In this document: positions 28,866 through 32,000 of the stretch, one piece after another
Layout of the letters: every line of letters starts with the position of its first letter
Numbering within the stretch: the first letter of the stretch is position 1
Origin: Candidatus Saccharimonadota bacterium
GTDB lineage: Bacteria; Patescibacteriota; Saccharimonadia; Saccharimonadales; Saccharimonadaceae
Direction of reading: 5' to 3'
Assembly (NCBI GenBank): GCA_001897305.1
Contig: MKSO01000001.1
Coordinates: 630,001-662,000, forward strand
DNA length: 32,000 bases
Program-made: the position numbers and the translations under genes
The notes under the pieces: generated by a model
The model's database searches: none
The model's input: only the letters and a program-made list of their open reading frames with translations
What the model was told of the DNA's origin: nothing

Positions 28866-28915
28866 GATGGTAGGTTCTTTCTCTCGATGTGACGTGCGAA
28901 CGCTAAGTCTTATAT

Positions 28916-28944
28916 ATTATAGCATAAAATTTAACATTACGCAA
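28916..28944 (-). promoter_or_regulatory. Promoter of GC-rich cassette 3
   Basis: Minus strand TTGCGT (28939-28944), 17-nt spacer, extended -10 TGcTATAAT (28916-28924). Confidence 0.6.
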
Positions 28945-29002
28945 TAATACACAGAGATAGTTTGATTAGGATTTGGCAAGAATACGGAAAAGAATATCTA
29001 AT

Positions 29003-29323
29003 TTATACTGATTCGTTTTGGTTTTTGAGAACAGCTATCATAGTCTTTAGTTCTTGTGTCTTTTCGGCGTTTATACCTTTGTAGATTGCCGATGCTTCTT
29101 GCATTTCGCTTATTTCTTTTTTAATGATTTCTTTTACATCATCTATACTCAACTTTCTGCGCGGGAGTTCTGTTGCATCGGTGTCATCAGGTATATGTAT
29201 CGCGCTTGCATTATCAATAGCATTCATCAATATCAGCAAGGCTTGTGATTTTAACACATTTCGTTCTTTACGAGCCTGGACAAGATCACTTCTGATATTC
29301 GCAACGAGAGTTTCAACATTCAT
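29003..29323 (-). CDS. GatB/YqeY-domain-like small protein
   Basis: IRSDLVQARKERNVLKSQALLILMNAIDNA resembles the YqeY N-terminal helix pattern. I prefer ATG 29323, which has TGcTATAGT 6 nt upstream. Confidence 0.55.
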   Translation of the reverse strand: MNVETLVANIRSDLVQARKERNVLKSQALLILMNAIDNASAIHIPDDTDATELPRRKLSIDDVKEIIKKEISEMQEASAIYKGINAEKTQELKTMIAVLKNQNESV

Positions 29324-29377
29324 ATTTTTACTATAGCAAAAATACGTCCAGAGGCGCATTTGACAAGCTGCTTATAT

Positions 29378-29405
29378 TGGTGCGGGTACAGGGACTCTAA
29401 CCCCA
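29378..29405 (-). other. tRNA-like 3' remnant (T-arm, acceptor 3' strand and CCA)
   Basis: Minus strand TGGGG-TTAGAGT-CCCTG-TACCCGC-A-CCA. No matching 5' acceptor strand (GCGGGTA), D arm or anticodon arm lies upstream. Confidence 0.4.
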
Positions 29406-29487
29406 GCTCGCTGCGGCTCGCCGGGTTTCTGGGCTATTATTTTCTTATTCGGCCCAGGGTTAGAGCATCCTATCGACCAATAACCAA

Positions 29488-29512
29488 TAAAATAACCCCA
29501 GCTATACTGGGG
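29488..29512 (-). terminator. Terminator downstream of the flavoreductase gene
   Basis: Minus strand CCCCAG-TATAG-CTGGGG followed by TTATTTT. Confidence 0.5.
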
Positions 29513-29644
29513 CAATTTTATTGGTGCAGCATAGTTGACGCATTTCAAACGACAGCTACACTTGCTCAAGACGATTATAAGTTAAAGCATCTAGCCGAAC
29601 AATTCCAACTTTCAGATACATTGATTGCTACTAACTAAAATATC

Positions 29645-30337
29645 TTAGTAAGTACCAAAACTGTCTATCCGAATATCTCTTACAGCTACGCCTCTATTTA
29701 TGAGTAGATGCTCGGTCGCATCAACCATCGCCTCAGCTCCAGCTATGTAATAGCGGTTCGCTCCTTTCGTGAGCAGCTTATTTAACTGCTGTTCACGAGC
29801 TTTGCGTTTTAAGTCTTTGGTAGCAATGTAATCAATAGAAAGTTGTGGTAAGTGTTGCCGCCAAATGTCCAGCTCAGTCTTGAACAGAAAGTCATCAGTT
29901 TTGTTTAGGTAAATGAGCTGCACATCAGCCCGTACTTTTTTGTCATATAGTTCCTTGACCATACTCCGAAAAGGAGCAACACCGATGCCCCCTGCAATAA
30001 GAACACTTGAACGCTTATCATTCAGTTGAAACCCATAATCATTGCCGTATTGGCTAATGTACAGCTTATCGCCTGGCTTTACTGATTGTAGTTGCCGCTT
30101 GAATGGAGTGATACCGATACGGAACGATATAGCCAGATCGCTTTCGGTAGGCGAGGATGATAAAGAATATACCTTGCCGCCATTTAGGTTTGTATCTGCA
30201 AAATTTATATCTATCCAATCCCCAGCCTCAAACTGAAAACCAATTGGTCGCTCAAAATAAACCGACATACTGTTGTCGCCAATCAGCTGAGTACGAAGAA
30301 CGGTTAAGCCGACCTGAACATTTTTCGTTACGGGCAT
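29645..30337 (-). CDS. FNR-like FAD/NAD(P)-binding oxidoreductase
   Basis: FAD-binding KVYSLSS (RxYS-type), GITPFKR, NAD-binding VLIAGGIGVAPF. 230 aa with no extra cofactor domain. Starts 20 nt after the ATPase stop. Confidence 0.75.
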   Translation of the reverse strand: MPVTKNVQVGLTVLRTQLIGDNSMSVYFERPIGFQFEAGDWIDINFADTNLNGGKVYSLSSSPTESDLAISFRIGITPFKRQLQSVKPGDKLYISQYGNDYGFQLNDKRSSVLIAGGIGVAPFRSMVKELYDKKVRADVQLIYLNKTDDFLFKTELDIWRQHLPQLSIDYIATKDLKRKAREQQLNKLLTKGANRYYIAGAEAMVDATEHLLINRGVAVRDIRIDSFGTY

Positions 30338-30357
30338 CGTGTTATCTTCTCGCCGCC

Positions 30358-32000
30358 TTAGTGGCTATGACCCGGATGGTAATGAGCACGTCTTAGTAGC
30401 TGTGCATTGATGGCTACAATTACCGTTGATAACGACATTAAAACAGCTCCTACGGCTGGCGACAGTAAAATACCGGATTTATAAAGCACACCGGCTGCTA
30501 GTGGAATAGCGAGTACATTGTAGCCAGTAGCCCAAGCAAGGTTCTGTACCATCTTACGGTAAGTTGCTTTGGACAAATGAATAACCCTTAACACATCTCG
30601 TGGATCGCTTTTAACTAAGATAATGTCGGCTGATTTAATGGCAACGTCAGTACCAGCTCCGATTGCCAATCCAATCTCTGCCTGAGTTAGAGCCGGTGCA
30701 TCGTTAATGCCATCGCCAACAAAGGCTACTTTATTACCACTTTGCTGTAATTCTTTGACCTTATTGGCTTTATCCTCTGGACGTACCTCTGCAAAATACT
30801 GGTCCAAACCGAGCTGTTTTGCAACATAAGCAGCAACATCTTGGCTGTCGCCCGTTACCATTGCCGTCTTAATACCCTCGGCTTTTAACCCAGCTATAGT
30901 TTGTTTTGATTGCTCACGGATAACATCAGCTAAAGCAATCGCACCAATAACTACCTTGCCATCTTTGATTAGATACACCTCGGTCTTGCCATCCTTAGCA
31001 GCTTGCTTGGAATGCTGCTCTATATCAGCAGGTACTTTGAGCTTGTTTTCTTTGATGTACCGATGACTCGCTGCTGTGAAATTATCCTTACCGTGTAGTC
31101 TGCCTTTTACGCCAAGCCCAGGTAAAGCGGAAAAGTCTTCAACTTTATCAAAGTGAACGTGCCTTTTATTTGCTTCGTTGACGATCCCTTTGCCAACTAT
31201 ATGCTCACTGTTTTGCTCAAGGCTTGCGGTTAGATGCAGAATGTCCTCATCGGTATAACCTTTCGTTGCCCAAATATCCGTTACGCCGTGTTCGCCTTTA
31301 GTGAGCGTACCTGTCTTATCAAAGAGTACCCAATCAACTTTGCGAGCAGCTTCAAGTGCCAAACGCTTCCGTACCAGCAAACCGTTTCTTGCCGAAAGTG
31401 CAGTTGATATTGAAACAACTAACGGTATAGCCAAACCCAATGCGTGTGGACAGGCGATGATAAGGACGGTTACCGAACGTTCAAGAGCAAAGGCAGCATC
31501 TTTGGCAACGAGCCAGTAGATAAAAGTAAGTACGCCCGTAACTATTGCGATGAGCGTTAGTGCAAATGCCGCCTTGTCAGCAAGTACCTGCACATTAGAC
31601 TTTGAGCTTTGTGCTTCGGCTACAAGTCGCATAATCCCGGCAAGGGCAGTGTCTTCGCCGAGCTTTGTAACTTTGACCGTCAGTGAGCCGTCTTGGTTGA
31701 TCGTTCCGGCAACTACCTCGTCATTAACCGTCTTACTTGTCGGCTTGCTCTCGCCTGTGATAGCCGCTTCATTTACCGATGAACTACCCTCAGTGATTAC
31801 ACCATCTACCGGAATGCTCGAACCTGGACGGATCAATACCAAGTCGCCAACTTTTAGATCGCTTACGAGCACCTGCTTTGGATTACCGTTTACCAGCTTT
31901 TCGGCTTTATCGGGTAGGAGCTGAGATATAGCATCTAAGGCACTTTCAGCCTTAGCCACTGATGCCATCTCTAACCAATGCCCTAATAGCATAATCGTTA
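30358..32000 (-). CDS. Heavy-metal P1B-type ATPase, CPH motif (N-terminus outside window)
   Basis: TGES (AITGESKP), CPH (IIACPHALGL), DKTGTLT, GDGINDAP, and a His-rich C-terminus HYHPGHSH. The reading frame stays open past base 31992 to the window edge. Confidence 0.9.
   Translation of the reverse strand, partial: TIMLLGHWLEMASVAKAESALDAISQLLPDKAEKLVNGNPKQVLVSDLKVGDLVLIRPGSSIPVDGVITEGSSSVNEAAITGESKPTSKTVNDEVVAGTINQDGSLTVKVTKLGEDTALAGIMRLVAEAQSSKSNVQVLADKAAFALTLIAIVTGVLTFIYWLVAKDAAFALERSVTVLIIACPHALGLAIPLVVSISTALSARNGLLVRKRLALEAARKVDWVLFDKTGTLTKGEHGVTDIWATKGYTDEDILHLTASLEQNSEHIVGKGIVNEANKRHVHFDKVEDFSALPGLGVKGRLHGKDNFTAASHRYIKENKLKVPADIEQHSKQAAKDGKTEVYLIKDGKVVIGAIALADVIREQSKQTIAGLKAEGIKTAMVTGDSQDVAAYVAKQLGLDQYFAEVRPEDKANKVKELQQSGNKVAFVGDGINDAPALTQAEIGLAIGAGTDVAIKSADIILVKSDPRDVLRVIHLSKATYRKMVQNLAWATGYNVLAIPLAAGVLYKSGILLSPAVGAVLMSLSTVIVAINAQLLRRAHYHPGHSH

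Noticed and set aside
28238-28892. ORFs 28238-28558 (-), 28456-28650 (+) and 28557-28892 (+) inside cassette 3
   Set aside because: Same reasoning as for cassette 2. ORF 28238-28558 is extremely Arg-rich and crosses the terminator hairpin.
29418-29434. Similarity of minus-strand CAGAAACCCGGCGAG to the RNase P RNA CR-V element (ACAGAACCCGGCUUA)
   Set aside because: No CR-I (GAGGAAAGUCC) or other conserved RNase P blocks occur upstream. The available non-coding space (about 280 nt, partly terminator) is also too small.

Overview
Gene-dense bacterial chromosome segment, mostly minus-strand housekeeping genes with short or overlapping junctions. Genes in order: partial OmpR-type response regulator and histidine kinase, alpha/beta hydrolase, trmD, KH-domain protein, rpsP, secreted FG-GAP-like repeat protein, rnc, Nudix hydrolase, nusB, rpmF (49 aa, below the ORF-track cutoff), leuS, murF, trpS, HD-domain protein, RRM-type RNA-binding protein, PGPGW membrane protein, ligA, htpX, lemA, htrA, MMPL transporter, S51 peptidase, YqeY-like protein, FNR-like flavoreductase and a partial CPH-type P1B ATPase. 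There are four tRNA genes (Gln-UUG, Ala-GGC, Leu-UAA, Cys-GCA), all encoding their 3' CCA. The style (small genes, many membrane ORFans, RRM protein, no rimM or rplS near trmD) resembles a reduced-genome Patescibacteria/CPR organism such as a Saccharibacterium, but that is inference only. The main signal is three single-gene cassettes (about 5360-6078 +, 26802-27460 +, 28297-28944 -). Their coding sequence and terminator are sharply GC-rich with G/C-ending codons, yet each is driven by an AT-rich near-consensus TTGACT / TGnTATAAT promoter of the local type. The encoded 159-176 aa proteins match no family I recognise. Secondary signals are: at least nine genes with a -10 box 6-9 nt upstream of the start codon and no Shine-Dalgarno (probable leaderless mRNAs); an atypical tRNA-Cys lacking both the D-loop GG and the T-loop TTC; a degenerate half-copy of tRNA-Leu; a tRNA-like 3' remnant in a structured spacer; and two long non-coding gaps with strong hairpins. 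I saw no CRISPR array, transposase, integrase or rRNA.
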